Origin: a virus
DNA length: 64,000 nt
Strand: one strand, 5' to 3'
Virus record (IMG/VR): IMGVR_UViG_3300033120_000623
Location: 8,012-72,011 of that record
In this document: positions 30,055 through 38,684 of the stretch, in pieces
How the letters are laid out: each line of letters begins with the position of its first letter
Position numbering within the stretch: position 1 is the stretch's first letter
Translations under genes and position numbers: made by a program
The notes under the pieces: model-generated
Told to the model about the DNA's origin: nothing
Databases searched by the model: none
Seen by the model: only the letters and a program-made list of their open reading frames with translations

Positions 30055-30315
30055 TTATTTTAAGTCGTACAGGTGCCATACGAACTCTCCGCCGTGTCTA
30101 GTAAACGTGCCAAGGTACTCGCTCCCCTCCGGCACTCTCCCGCCCGTAGCCACAGATTCAAAATATCGGGTGGTGCCAGCGTAAGAGAGATCATCCACTT
30201 CAAACCATGCTTGACTTGTGTTTCCCTGTTCCGCGCAGTGAAGGAATATAGCTCCTTCAGGAAGATTTAGGGAAAACTCTCCAGGATGTACTTCGTACTT
30301 ATAGATTGTTTTCAT
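30055..30315 (-). CDS. Hypothetical protein (start chosen at internal Met; track ORF extends to 30480)
   Basis: Reduces the overlap with the upstream gene to 17 nt. Purine-rich stretch before the ATG. Confidence 0.35.
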   Translation of the reverse strand: MKTIYKYEVHPGEFSLNLPEGAIFLHCAEQGNTSQAWFEVDDLSYAGTTRYFESVATGGRVPEGSEYLGTFTRHGGEFVWHLYDLK

Positions 30316-30769
30316 TTTTTCCCGCCCAGGGTCTCCACTCTTTACCTTCCTCGATACATTTGAATCTCCTGTCAATCTCCGCATTGGATTGGGAGAGAGA
30401 TTGCCAAGTGTCCCGCAGAATATCTTTAACTTCACAATGCAATTCAAATAGCCTAGCCTGCTGTATTTCAGAAGCGGCAAAGTGTTTGATCAATAATCTA
30501 GCCAGGCTGTATCTCATGTTGGCATCTACACCAAATGCCCGGCGATGATAATTGGCTGCGTCTTCAGGAGTGGTGCCAGTGACATTCATCCAAGTGCGCA
30601 GCCACTCTTCTATCACTTCAACTAGTTCTACTTCTCTGCGGTCGAAGAACTTTTCTAACTTAGCTTCCAACACATCGGCATCGACTACAAACAAATCAAT
30701 CTCTAGCGCAGCAATGCCGTGGTTACTAACTTTAAGTCCGAGCTGTTTAATTCTAGGATGTTGGCTCAC
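30299..30769 (-). CDS. Hypothetical protein
   Basis: 156 aa ORF in the array. Confidence 0.45.
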   Translation of the reverse strand: MSQHPRIKQLGLKVSNHGIAALEIDLFVVDADVLEAKLEKFFDRREVELVEVIEEWLRTWMNVTGTTPEDAANYHRRAFGVDANMRYSLARLLIKHFAASEIQQARLFELHCEVKDILRDTWQSLSQSNAEIDRRFKCIEEGKEWRPWAGKNENNL

Positions 30770-31035
30770 GGAGTTGTACTCCCAGTGAATACAAACATCA
30801 CCCCTTCTAAGTCTTCCGCCGTAGCTCTTCCAAGGTTGTGGCTCACGTTCTCGTAAAGGCCTTTAACTCTGTCTATTTCAACAGTGTTAAGTTGTAACTC
30901 TTTGCGAAGTTTCTCTTGTTCTTTTTCTAAATAATCTAATCTAAATTCGTAAGCAGGAAGCAAGAAGGCTTTGATAGCTTCTATTTTCTTTGCTTTCTTA
31001 GTGTTAATAACTTCTGGCATATTAATCCCAATCAT
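30766..31035 (-). CDS. Hypothetical coiled-coil protein
   Basis: 89 aa; overlapping stop and start. Confidence 0.45.
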   Translation of the reverse strand: MIGINMPEVINTKKAKKIEAIKAFLLPAYEFRLDYLEKEQEKLRKELQLNTVEIDRVKGLYENVSHNLGRATAEDLEGVMFVFTGSTTP

Positions 31036-31306
31036 TGTAATAGCTGGCAGGCATGTCTACGTGGTCTTCTATCGGACCAAGGAATCTTCTGATTTGGTGC
31101 GCCCGATATTTCTGAACTACTTTACGTTCGCGAATTCTTTCTTTCACCCATTCGATTTTCCTGGTGATGAGAATACTCGCCCAACGTTTAGTAATAGGAA
31201 GACGATACTTTACTTCCAGCTTGTCTAAGGTTTCTAATTGCTTCTTTGTAGCAGGACCCTTTAACTTATTTGGGTCCCACGCTTGGCCGTCTTCACGAGC
31301 GGCCAT
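31022..31306 (-). CDS. Hypothetical basic protein
   Basis: 94 aa. Confidence 0.45.
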   Translation of the reverse strand: MAAREDGQAWDPNKLKGPATKKQLETLDKLEVKYRLPITKRWASILITRKIEWVKERIRERKVVQKYRAHQIRRFLGPIEDHVDMPASYYNDWD

Positions 31307-31478
31307 CGTCTTCTCTTTCGTAGAATCTTTTTAATCGGCGATTGGCCAACTCATCCGGAGGTTGCGGAGGAACCACTCCGCCGGGATCAAATATCTTTTC
31401 AACTGATTTAGATAATCTCCCGCAGAAGAATCCCAGCATGAAACTTGATAGTGAAATAATAAATAAAGACCAAAGCAT
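31293..31478 (-). CDS. Small TM protein
   Basis: 61 aa with a hydrophobic N-terminus. Confidence 0.4.
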   Translation of the reverse strand: MLWSLFIISLSSFMLGFFCGRLSKSVEKIFDPGGVVPPQPPDELANRRLKRFYEREDDGRS

Positions 31479-31479
31479 G

Positions 31480-31917
31480 TTAAGGCCTTCTCAAAATTTC
31501 CATTAGATAAGCTTTAGGAGTCTTTTTAATTTGATACATCAAGATGATGTTACTCGGCACCAGGAAGATACCGACGAGTGTGCCAATGCCCATAGCGATC
31601 ATTCCGCAGTTACGTGCGTACCACCAAGCATTGAAGAACTTCTCTACAGATTGATAATAGGAACCGTCACGCTCAAGAACAATTGGACCAGAATGGTAGT
31701 TGCAAAGAAGAGAGAAAGCAGTAAGCAAACCCATGAAAGCAAAATAATAGAAAAGGGTGAAGGCAGCTTCAAAGAATTTTCCTTCTAGGATTTCCTTCAC
31801 CACATCCGGAGCTTCTTTAACCACAAAGACTTTTGCTTCTTTGATAGTTTCTAGTAAGAACTTCTTTAGCTCAAAAGAAAGATCTTCTTTAGTAACGGTT
31901 GTAGATGATTCATCCAT
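31480..31917 (-). CDS. Membrane protein
   Basis: 145 aa with several hydrophobic segments. Confidence 0.45.
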   Translation of the reverse strand: MDESSTTVTKEDLSFELKKFLLETIKEAKVFVVKEAPDVVKEILEGKFFEAAFTLFYYFAFMGLLTAFSLLCNYHSGPIVLERDGSYYQSVEKFFNAWWYARNCGMIAMGIGTLVGIFLVPSNIILMYQIKKTPKAYLMEILRRP

Positions 31918-32009
31918 AGTATTCCCCGATCTAGTCTAGTTTATTCTGTGGAAGTAATTTCCACGTGGAACAATTTGAGCCGGAAAATACTATCTACACA
32001 AAGGACTGT

Positions 32010-32480
32010 CTACTCCTCCCAAACACACTTGCATTCTTTACACTTCATCTGCTCCATACGCTCTCCGTTGGGGCGCTTTGAAACAAGTTTCTTTAGAATT
32101 TTTACAGCGGTAGAGCCACAGTTAACACAATAGTTTTTCACAGTATTCTTTTCCAGTTTTGAGAAGTCGATGTTTTCTAATCCCCACCATTTGACCTTGC
32201 CATCAGGAGGTGGAGCGGGAATCACTTTCTTGTACATTTCGAGAACTTGTTTTCCTTTGGCAATTTCCTCTTCAGTAAAATTCTCTAAGAGCTTACTGTG
32301 CTGTGTACTGTAGCAAAGAAAAAGATTGAGTTCTTTAACTCTAATCCTAGCTTCCTCTTGCCCGACAGAAGCGGCCCACTTTTCTTCCAGTTCATAATAA
32401 TCTGGCATTTGGAATTCGCGGCTCTCCTTCTCCCATTCTTCTTTCGACACCCTACGTGGAGGAGTTTTAAAAGTCGCCAC
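32010..32480 (-). CDS. Hypothetical protein with C-terminal zinc ribbon
   Basis: CVNCGS...CKECKC. Confidence 0.45.
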   Translation of the reverse strand: MATFKTPPRRVSKEEWEKESREFQMPDYYELEEKWAASVGQEEARIRVKELNLFLCYSTQHSKLLENFTEEEIAKGKQVLEMYKKVIPAPPPDGKVKWWGLENIDFSKLEKNTVKNYCVNCGSTAVKILKKLVSKRPNGERMEQMKCKECKCVWEE

Positions 32481-32757
32481 ACTCGGCCTCTAATTTCTTA
32501 AGCCCTCTTTCGATGGCCCTAGCTTGCGCCTTCATCTCAGGAATGGATGCAGGAATTGTTTTTAAAATTTGCTCGTTGATATAAACAGAAAGCCAGTCCC
32601 TTAGCTTAATAACATCTTTGTCGGACAACCGTATCTTATCGTGATTGTCCCAGCAGACGTTTGTAAAATAAAGTCCCGGCCCTTTTGAAGTGGAATAACT
32701 CTTGCCGAAGTGGCGGAAGTGAAATCCGCCACGCAGCTTGTGTCTGTTAACGGGCAT
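32467..32757 (-). CDS. Hypothetical protein
   Basis: 96 aa. Confidence 0.4.
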   Translation of the reverse strand: MPVNRHKLRGGFHFRHFGKSYSTSKGPGLYFTNVCWDNHDKIRLSDKDVIKLRDWLSVYINEQILKTIPASIPEMKAQARAIERGLKKLEAECGDF

Positions 32758-34306
32758 CGCTACTCACGAAAAGAGAGTCAATCTTTCCACGAATATCTGC
32801 CAGTGTAGTTTTGTTGTAAGCGTGCCCATCTTTGAAAATGGTTTGCAACATACCAGTCTTCTCTTCTTCTTCTGTCACGCATTCAGAAAGAGTTAAGTCT
32901 TCATTGACGCGCAACAATCCTTTAGCAGACTTCTTCACTCCTCCATCGGTTACTGGATCTTTGAAGATCTCTTTTGCTTCACCTTCGATCACTCCGTAAG
33001 TTGCTTTCATGGCAAAACCTAGTGTGTCGCGAGTCACGTATTGGTACGTGTAGCTGCCGATGCCGAACACAACGTTAGTAGAAGCAAAGCCCATTGATTG
33101 AAGTCTGCGGCAAATAGATTCACAACGTTCAAGTGTGATACTATCTCCGTAGATCAAGCCAATGTGGGAGTCTAGTTCCTTATAAGTTTTGTCGTTCACT
33201 GTGCCGCCGAAGATTTCCCAAAGGATACGTACTGCACCTTTGTTCTCCGGAGATCCAGGTTCCGCACTAACGTCACCGCAAAGGATTGTCTCTGGGTCAC
33301 CAGAGTCTGGGCGAATAACTAGTTTGCCTTCACGAACCATGATGAAGTTTTTAAGCATCGGTAGGCCCCGAGTGATCATCTTGAAGAAGTCGAAAGTATC
33401 CGACACGTAACTGAATGCACCTTTTGGATAAACTTTATTAAGCAGGCGCTCTAGCACTCTCACCTCTGCAAGAAGTTTTAAGTCCGGATCGTTGGCCATG
33501 TTTGGATTGGCCTCTATCAACTTGCCTTCTTCTGCTGCGATGCTTAGGCAAGCCACTGCGTGCTCCGTAGCCGGGATAGATCCGCCGATCATTTCAGTGT
33601 CAGCGTTGGCCCCGTAGAAATGTTCCAACCAATCAATTGCTGCGATTGTATCAGTGCCTGTGAAGCTCGTAAGATGGGAGCCGCCGCTCGCAAGAGAAGC
33701 TGGCACACATGTTTGACCGCGCATTGAGAAATCGTGTCCTTGCCATTTTACGAAGCTTGGAACTGAAGACGTTTCAGCAGCGTACTTCTCCAAGATCTTA
33801 CGGTATTCCAAAGCAATCGTAGCCGAAGTGATCGGGTGCCAAATCTCGTTTGAAAGCAAAGTCTCAAGAGAGTTTGTAAGCCAGCCGAATTTCGGGTGCG
33901 TGTTGGTGATAGTAAGAAGTGGAATACGAAGCGGACAAACCGTTCCTTCCGGAAGTGCTTTCACGTGAATTGGCAAGTAGCCAAGATCGTGGAGAGCTTC
34001 CAAGTGATGAACTGGAATAGCATCGGGCCCAAGAGATGTGTCCATGCGGCGCTTGTACTGGGCGATCACTTTTTCTTTCGGCTGTTGGAAGAAAGATAAG
34101 TTGAATCTGCGGATCAAGAAATCATCTACGAAAGCTTGGATACCGAAAACAACAACTGAGTTAATTCCCGGAAGACGAGAAATACGTGCAGTGAAGTTTG
34201 AGTAAACTTTTGTAGTGTTCTCTGGATACTGGAATGGATGGCCAGTTTTATAAAAGTCTTTAAGTAAGATTGCTGGAATCATGGTTGCTCCTATTTTATC
34301 CAACAA
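32747..34306 (-). CDS. nadV: Nicotinamide phosphoribosyltransferase family protein (NAMPT/NadV-like; could alternatively be a Namat-type ADPR transferase)
   Basis: ILLKDFYKTGHPFQYPENTTKVYSNFTAR, HDFSMRGQ...FTGTDT and IRPDSGDP blocks match NAMPT signature regions, including those of human NAMPT. Confidence 0.8.
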   Translation of the reverse strand: MLDKIGATMIPAILLKDFYKTGHPFQYPENTTKVYSNFTARISRLPGINSVVVFGIQAFVDDFLIRRFNLSFFQQPKEKVIAQYKRRMDTSLGPDAIPVHHLEALHDLGYLPIHVKALPEGTVCPLRIPLLTITNTHPKFGWLTNSLETLLSNEIWHPITSATIALEYRKILEKYAAETSSVPSFVKWQGHDFSMRGQTCVPASLASGGSHLTSFTGTDTIAAIDWLEHFYGANADTEMIGGSIPATEHAVACLSIAAEEGKLIEANPNMANDPDLKLLAEVRVLERLLNKVYPKGAFSYVSDTFDFFKMITRGLPMLKNFIMVREGKLVIRPDSGDPETILCGDVSAEPGSPENKGAVRILWEIFGGTVNDKTYKELDSHIGLIYGDSITLERCESICRRLQSMGFASTNVVFGIGSYTYQYVTRDTLGFAMKATYGVIEGEAKEIFKDPVTDGGVKKSAKGLLRVNEDLTLSECVTEEEEKTGMLQTIFKDGHAYNKTTLADIRGKIDSLFVSSDAR

Positions 34307-34773
34307 GATCTTTTAATTATTCTTGTGGATTGGGTTTCACTTATTTTAAATTTTCTTCCGATAGAGGCGTAAGTGTGTCCTCCCCTGTCGTACTCTTTTC
34401 GCATCCTATCTACTGTCTTCTGAGTGAGCTTAGATCTTCCATTAGATTCTCCCGGCATACGTCCTGGATTTCCTCTGCCTTTATCCCACATATCTTGGAG
34501 ATTCTCCGCTGTGGTCGCCAGGAATAAGTGGTCCGGATTTACGCAATCTCTAACGTCACATCTGTGAGCTACAACCAATCCTTTCTTAAGAGGCCCATTG
34601 AAAAGTTCGTAACTGTATCGGTGGGCCGTTATCTTCCTACTTTTATTGTAGGCAAATTGCCCGTACCCGTTTCGGTACTTTCCGCCCGTCCATTTCCAAC
34701 ATCCCTTTAAGGAGAAAGACACTTTGATAAGGAATCTAGCTTTACTGCTTTGAGTCCGCAAACACTTCCCCAT
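34291..34773 (-). CDS. HNH homing endonuclease
   Basis: ...AHRYSYE...VAHRCDVRDCVNPDHLFLATTAEN... H-N-H motif. Inserted between the two NAD-salvage genes. Confidence 0.7.
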   Translation of the reverse strand: MGKCLRTQSSKARFLIKVSFSLKGCWKWTGGKYRNGYGQFAYNKSRKITAHRYSYELFNGPLKKGLVVAHRCDVRDCVNPDHLFLATTAENLQDMWDKGRGNPGRMPGESNGRSKLTQKTVDRMRKEYDRGGHTYASIGRKFKISETQSTRIIKRSCWIK

Positions 34774-35572
34774 CCTTGGTAAAAATACGCTTGTACCCAG
34801 CATCGAAAAGAAGTTGAGTGCCCCCAGTAAATAGGCCGTGAGAAACGTACAAGTACATATCTTCTACACCTTTTGCCAATAATTCTTTTGCTAAGAGAAT
34901 AAATGTCCCTCCTCGATCACAAATGTCATCGACAACTAAAACCGACTTAACATTCTCTGGCACGTAAACGTAATATTTATCAATGTGACCAGTGAGTTGA
35001 TCGCGCTTCTTACTTCCAGATAGGAAAGGCATCGGGATAAATTTAGAATATTTATCAATGGCCCCGGCATCCGGATAGCAAACAAACTGGACATTCAAAT
35101 CCGTGTACAGTTCTGCAACAGCATTAGCTGGCCACGTGGCTTTAGCATTATGAATAGTGTAAAGGCCGACATCGCTGTGCGGGTCAAAGATAGAAACGTA
35201 ATCAAACTCCAATGCGTTCAACAGTATTGAGAAACTAGTTAAAGCAAAAGTAGCTTCGTTACTCGGCATCTTATCTTGGCGAGCATACGGCAAATAAGGA
35301 AGATATAAAACCGTGCCCGTAGAAGTTCCGTAAACCTTTCTAAGATCTAGTAAAGTTTTAAGCTGGGCAAGGTGCATGAACTCTGCTTCGCTTTCAAACT
35401 TCCAAACCACCCTGTCCTTAGCCGGGGTGCCGTTCATGAAGAACTCATTTGGGATCTTCCAAACTTGGCTGGTCTTGTCCGGAAAGATATCCGCTTTAAT
35501 TATGTTATCGTTAAGTAGTAGCATCAGGCACCTTCGGATTCTTTGTTCTGCCGTTGTCGCGGTGTCTAGCAA
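34742..35572 (-). CDS. Ribose-phosphate pyrophosphokinase family protein (Prs-like; possibly Adps-type)
   Basis: ...LPYLPYARQDK... and ...VVDDICDRGGT... match the PRPP-synthetase Mg/ribose-phosphate binding loops. The start may be at the internal Met near 35524. Confidence 0.7.
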   Translation of the reverse strand: MLDTATTAEQRIRRCLMLLLNDNIIKADIFPDKTSQVWKIPNEFFMNGTPAKDRVVWKFESEAEFMHLAQLKTLLDLRKVYGTSTGTVLYLPYLPYARQDKMPSNEATFALTSFSILLNALEFDYVSIFDPHSDVGLYTIHNAKATWPANAVAELYTDLNVQFVCYPDAGAIDKYSKFIPMPFLSGSKKRDQLTGHIDKYYVYVPENVKSVLVVDDICDRGGTFILLAKELLAKGVEDMYLYVSHGLFTGGTQLLFDAGYKRIFTKDGEVFADSKQ

Positions 35573-35825
35573 ACTTACCAGCAGCGGTAAATTTCAAATA
35601 CGTACGAGAAGGAATAACTCCGTACTCTCCCGTCTTTGGATTGCGAAATTTAATGTTGGTTGATGTGCGTGTGCTGAAGGTTCCCATTTTACAAATCTTT
35701 AAGCTCTCGCCTTTGTCCATTGTTTCTGTGAAGATCTTTACAAACGATTGCACAACTCTCTTCGCGTGAGAAAGAGGCATACCGAGATCTTGCGCCATTG
35801 CTGTTGCCAGTCCTAGTTGGTCCAT
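35511..35825 (-). CDS. HU/IHF-family DNA-binding protein
   Basis: ...GTFSTRTSTNIKFRNPKTGE...IPSRTYLKFTAAGKF... matches the HU beta-arm consensus. Confidence 0.7.
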   Translation of the reverse strand: MDQLGLATAMAQDLGMPLSHAKRVVQSFVKIFTETMDKGESLKICKMGTFSTRTSTNIKFRNPKTGEYGVIPSRTYLKFTAAGKFARHRDNGRTKNPKVPDATT

Positions 35826-35827
35826 TG

Positions 35828-35998
35828 TTATTTCTTTCCTTTCAGTTTCTGTATGTCTTTGCGAGCCTTAGCCGCGATGTTAATAACTTCTTTGAGTACG
35901 TATCTGTGATTGCCCCTAAACTTTCTTCCGTCGGTCGCGAAGGACCAAGATTCTACTTGCTTAAGGGCTTCTTTTAAAATGCGCGTTTCTTCAAGCAT
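35828..35998 (-). CDS. Small basic protein (56 aa), below ORF-track cutoff
   Basis: AAGAGG RBS. Verified translation MLEETRILKEALKQ...KLKGKK. Overlaps the 3' end of the upstream ORF by 25 nt. Confidence 0.35.
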   Translation of the reverse strand: MLEETRILKEALKQVESWSFATDGRKFRGNHRYVLKEVINIAAKARKDIQKLKGKK

Positions 35999-36228
35999 GA
36001 CTCTACCTCTTTGTCGAACTCTTTAGTCGCTTCCACTGTCTTCTGGAAGAGTTCCTCTCCACCGAAGAAGTGACTGTCACCAAGATTGTCCCTGGCTTCA
36101 GCAATGTACTCAGCTTGCACCTGAGCTAACTTTGCCAAGGCCATCAAACACTCATACGTCCAGAAGTCTGTGAAGCATCCGTGGTCACCTGATTTAACAA
36201 CGGTATCTATCCACTGTTTTTCTCTCAT
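35974..36228 (-). CDS. Hypothetical protein
   Basis: 84 aa. Confidence 0.4.
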   Translation of the reverse strand: MREKQWIDTVVKSGDHGCFTDFWTYECLMALAKLAQVQAEYIAEARDNLGDSHFFGGEELFQKTVEATKEFDKEVESCLKKRAF

Positions 36229-36524
36229 ACTTGCACCGTGTGAGTTCTCTTCACGCGCTTCTTAATGTGGCCACGAGTTCCTTTGCCAGCCTCTCGTGCT
36301 AGGAGATAGCGAGCGTAGGAGATGTCCATCATCTTTGTTATCTTGGCGCTGTAGTGGTTTTCAATCGCAACACCTTCGCACAACACCAAGGAGTTGGAAC
36401 GAAGTGCCTTAAGGTCTTTACCGTCCCAGCCGTCGATCACGTGCTGAAGTTTAAAGTGGGAACGAAGCTTCTCTTTTAGATCAGTCCTAGTTCCCGGCGG
36501 ACCGTATACAACTATGATACTCAC
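36225..36524 (-). CDS. Hypothetical protein
   Basis: 99 aa. Confidence 0.4.
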   Translation of the reverse strand: MSIIVVYGPPGTRTDLKEKLRSHFKLQHVIDGWDGKDLKALRSNSLVLCEGVAIENHYSAKITKMMDISYARYLLAREAGKGTRGHIKKRVKRTHTVQV

Positions 36525-36706
36525 TTTACCACCTCGTATCCCCAGTTCTCTTCAGCAATAAGGGCGGAGCGAGTTTTAAGTTTCTGTCTGAACTCTTTGT
36601 CTGTGATTGGAGGAGAGATAAAAGTCTCAATTGCCTGCAACTCTCTTTTAGAATTGAACAAATAAAATCTAACGTGTCTCTTTCTCTTTTGTTTGTCTTC
36701 AGGCAT
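36521..36706 (-). CDS. Hypothetical small protein
   Basis: 61 aa. Confidence 0.35.
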   Translation of the reverse strand: MPEDKQKRKRHVRFYLFNSKRELQAIETFISPPITDKEFRQKLKTRSALIAEENWGYEVVK

Positions 36707-37184
36707 CTGGATTCTCTCCCTCTTTTAATTTTTTAATTTCTTCGTTGGCTTTGTTCAGTAGGTCAGTGATTCTTTGGATCTCATCGTCTTTATCACCACA
36801 CCTGTTTACCCACTCTATCTTAGAAGCTCGCATATTCTTGTAGTTCTCTTTGAGCTTTTCATTTTCCTTATTTAACTTATCGTAAGCCCTGTCCATTTCG
36901 GAACAAGCGATGTGAACAGCAAAATGATCCCAGATAAATCCGCAGTGCATTCCTTCTAAATTAGAAGAGCTGCCGTTGATGCGGTCCACGTTTTGTGTGT
37001 GCGGGAGCTGCTGCTTACCCACCACGAACTTGTACTTAAGCTCCTTGGCAAGATCCGCTAGCTTGGTAGTTAGGCCGTCACCGCGAGGGCGACGAAGATC
37101 TGAATTTAAAAGGTTGAGAAATATCTGCGGCTTCATGCAAATATCCCTGCTACGCACATGACTATTAAAACAATCATCGACCAC
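36699..37184 (-). CDS. Hypothetical protein with C-terminal coiled coil
   Basis: 161 aa; the start is uncertain. Confidence 0.4.
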   Translation of the reverse strand: MVDDCFNSHVRSRDICMKPQIFLNLLNSDLRRPRGDGLTTKLADLAKELKYKFVVGKQQLPHTQNVDRINGSSSNLEGMHCGFIWDHFAVHIACSEMDRAYDKLNKENEKLKENYKNMRASKIEWVNRCGDKDDEIQRITDLLNKANEEIKKLKEGENPDA

Positions 37185-37291
37185 AAGAAACTAGTTGGGC
37201 ACTGTCCCTGTTTCCACTTTGGATAAAGATCCAATAGGCCGATGAAGAAGAACACAGCACAAATTGCACAGACGAATTTAGCGAAGATCAT
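37133..37291 (-). CDS. Tiny membrane protein (52 aa from internal Met)
   Basis: ATGA junction with the upstream tiny TM gene. Two hydrophobic helices. Confidence 0.35.
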   Translation of the reverse strand: MIFAKFVCAICAVFFFIGLLDLYPKWKQGQCPTSFLWSMIVLIVMCVAGIFA

Positions 37292-37467
37292 TTGACCTCC
37301 GCTACTGGTCTGCACACAAACCATTCATACTGGGAAATAGGAAAGGGTTCTCCTTTAGAAATAATTTCTACCGGAACCTTAGTGATGTTTTGATCGGGAT
37401 TCCTAGACACTGCGGTAGCAACAGCTACGATCCCTAATATCACTAGGATGTAAGCAAGATGTGTCAT
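37288..37467 (-). CDS. Tiny membrane protein (59 aa), below ORF-track cutoff
   Basis: ATGA junction with the stop of 37464..38189. Verified translation MTHLAYILVILGIVAVATAV... Confidence 0.35.
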   Translation of the reverse strand: MTHLAYILVILGIVAVATAVSRNPDQNITKVPVEIISKGEPFPISQYEWFVCRPVAEVK

Positions 37468-38189
37468 TTAATCCTCGCAAGTTTTTCAAACAACGGAATT
37501 AATTCTACGCATCCGTTTTCTTTTAGACTGTGATTGTTGAGTGCTTCCTCTAACCAAGTCGTGTCGTCGTTAAGCTTGTTAGCGAGCCACGCAGTTGGAG
37601 TCCAATATTTAAGTAAAGCAAACTTAAGATCGGGCACGTAAAGACTTGCCCCATCCCAAGGCTTGCGAAGATAGATGTCCGCGATGAAGAGGAAATCTAG
37701 CAACACTAGAATTGGGTAGGCCCACCAAAGACTCATGCCGCGAATAACGTTACGCCATTCACCGGGAGCCATGATGTCAGGAATCTTAGTTTTGTTTGTA
37801 GTTGGATCTTTATAGTTCTGATGAAAGAACCCGCGCTTGGCCATCGCCCAAAGCCAAGACTTAATTTCTTCCTTCTTACAGAAACAAGCACAGCCGAAAA
37901 TAATTCTACTTGCTTGGTCTCGGCTAAAGTTACTCGGCTTGTTCGACCAGTCACCTTCGTAATCACTAGGATGTCTGATGTAAACACCCTTACCTAGATC
38001 AAGATGTGTCCTGATAGTATTGTGCGTGATCATCGCAGTGGTTCTATTATTTAAAGCAGCCAAAAGATCTTTCTTCAACATGGCATCGTAGGCAAGTAGA
38101 CAGGAAATTCCTAGGACGAGACCCGTGCGATGTGCAGAGTCCCCGTTGCCGCCATTTGCTTGAACGTAAAGTCCGTATTTATCAATCAT
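37464..38189 (-). CDS. Hypothetical protein (241 aa)
   Basis: Long ORF in the array. No motif recognised. Confidence 0.5.
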   Translation of the reverse strand: MIDKYGLYVQANGGNGDSAHRTGLVLGISCLLAYDAMLKKDLLAALNNRTTAMITHNTIRTHLDLGKGVYIRHPSDYEGDWSNKPSNFSRDQASRIIFGCACFCKKEEIKSWLWAMAKRGFFHQNYKDPTTNKTKIPDIMAPGEWRNVIRGMSLWWAYPILVLLDFLFIADIYLRKPWDGASLYVPDLKFALLKYWTPTAWLANKLNDDTTWLEEALNNHSLKENGCVELIPLFEKLARIK

Positions 38190-38496
38190 TTGTTTCCTCT
38201 TCCCACCTATCGAGTATCACGCAAATAGGTCTTCCTTGGTCTTCGTTAATGCCGTCGCAAATATCTTCTTCCCTATGTACTGGCTCGCGACATTCAAGCA
38301 TTATCCACTTGTTTGGTTTATCCAAGAAGTTTAGGTTCCAAGTTTGTCCCGTATGAAGATTGTAAATCTCCATGCAGTTGGTGTGGACTACGTCTTCACC
38401 TTGCGCCTCAGTAAGTTCTCCGTCTTCCATTACATGTGAAGAAGGCCCCACATCAGTGTCGTACCAGTGAGTTAGAATCATTTTATGTTTTGTCAT
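38182..38496 (-). CDS. Hypothetical acidic protein
   Basis: 104 aa. Confidence 0.4.
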   Translation of the reverse strand: MTKHKMILTHWYDTDVGPSSHVMEDGELTEAQGEDVVHTNCMEIYNLHTGQTWNLNFLDKPNKWIMLECREPVHREEDICDGINEDQGRPICVILDRWEEETND

Positions 38497-38684
38497 TTAA
38501 CTACCTCTGGATGTGTACTTGGATGCTTTAGTAGTCTCTCAGCTATTTTCTTAGAGACTTCTTCCACTTGGCCATAGAGAGACATGTTGTAAAAACAATT
38601 ATTGTAATCTTCTTCGCATGTGCATTCTATACCTGCTACCACTTCTTCAACTACTTTCGCTATGACTGTTGGATCTTTATCCAT
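38493..38684 (-). CDS. Hypothetical small protein
   Basis: 63 aa. Confidence 0.35.
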   Translation of the reverse strand: MDKDPTVIAKVVEEVVAGIECTCEEDYNNCFYNMSLYGQVEEVSKKIAERLLKHPSTHPEVVK

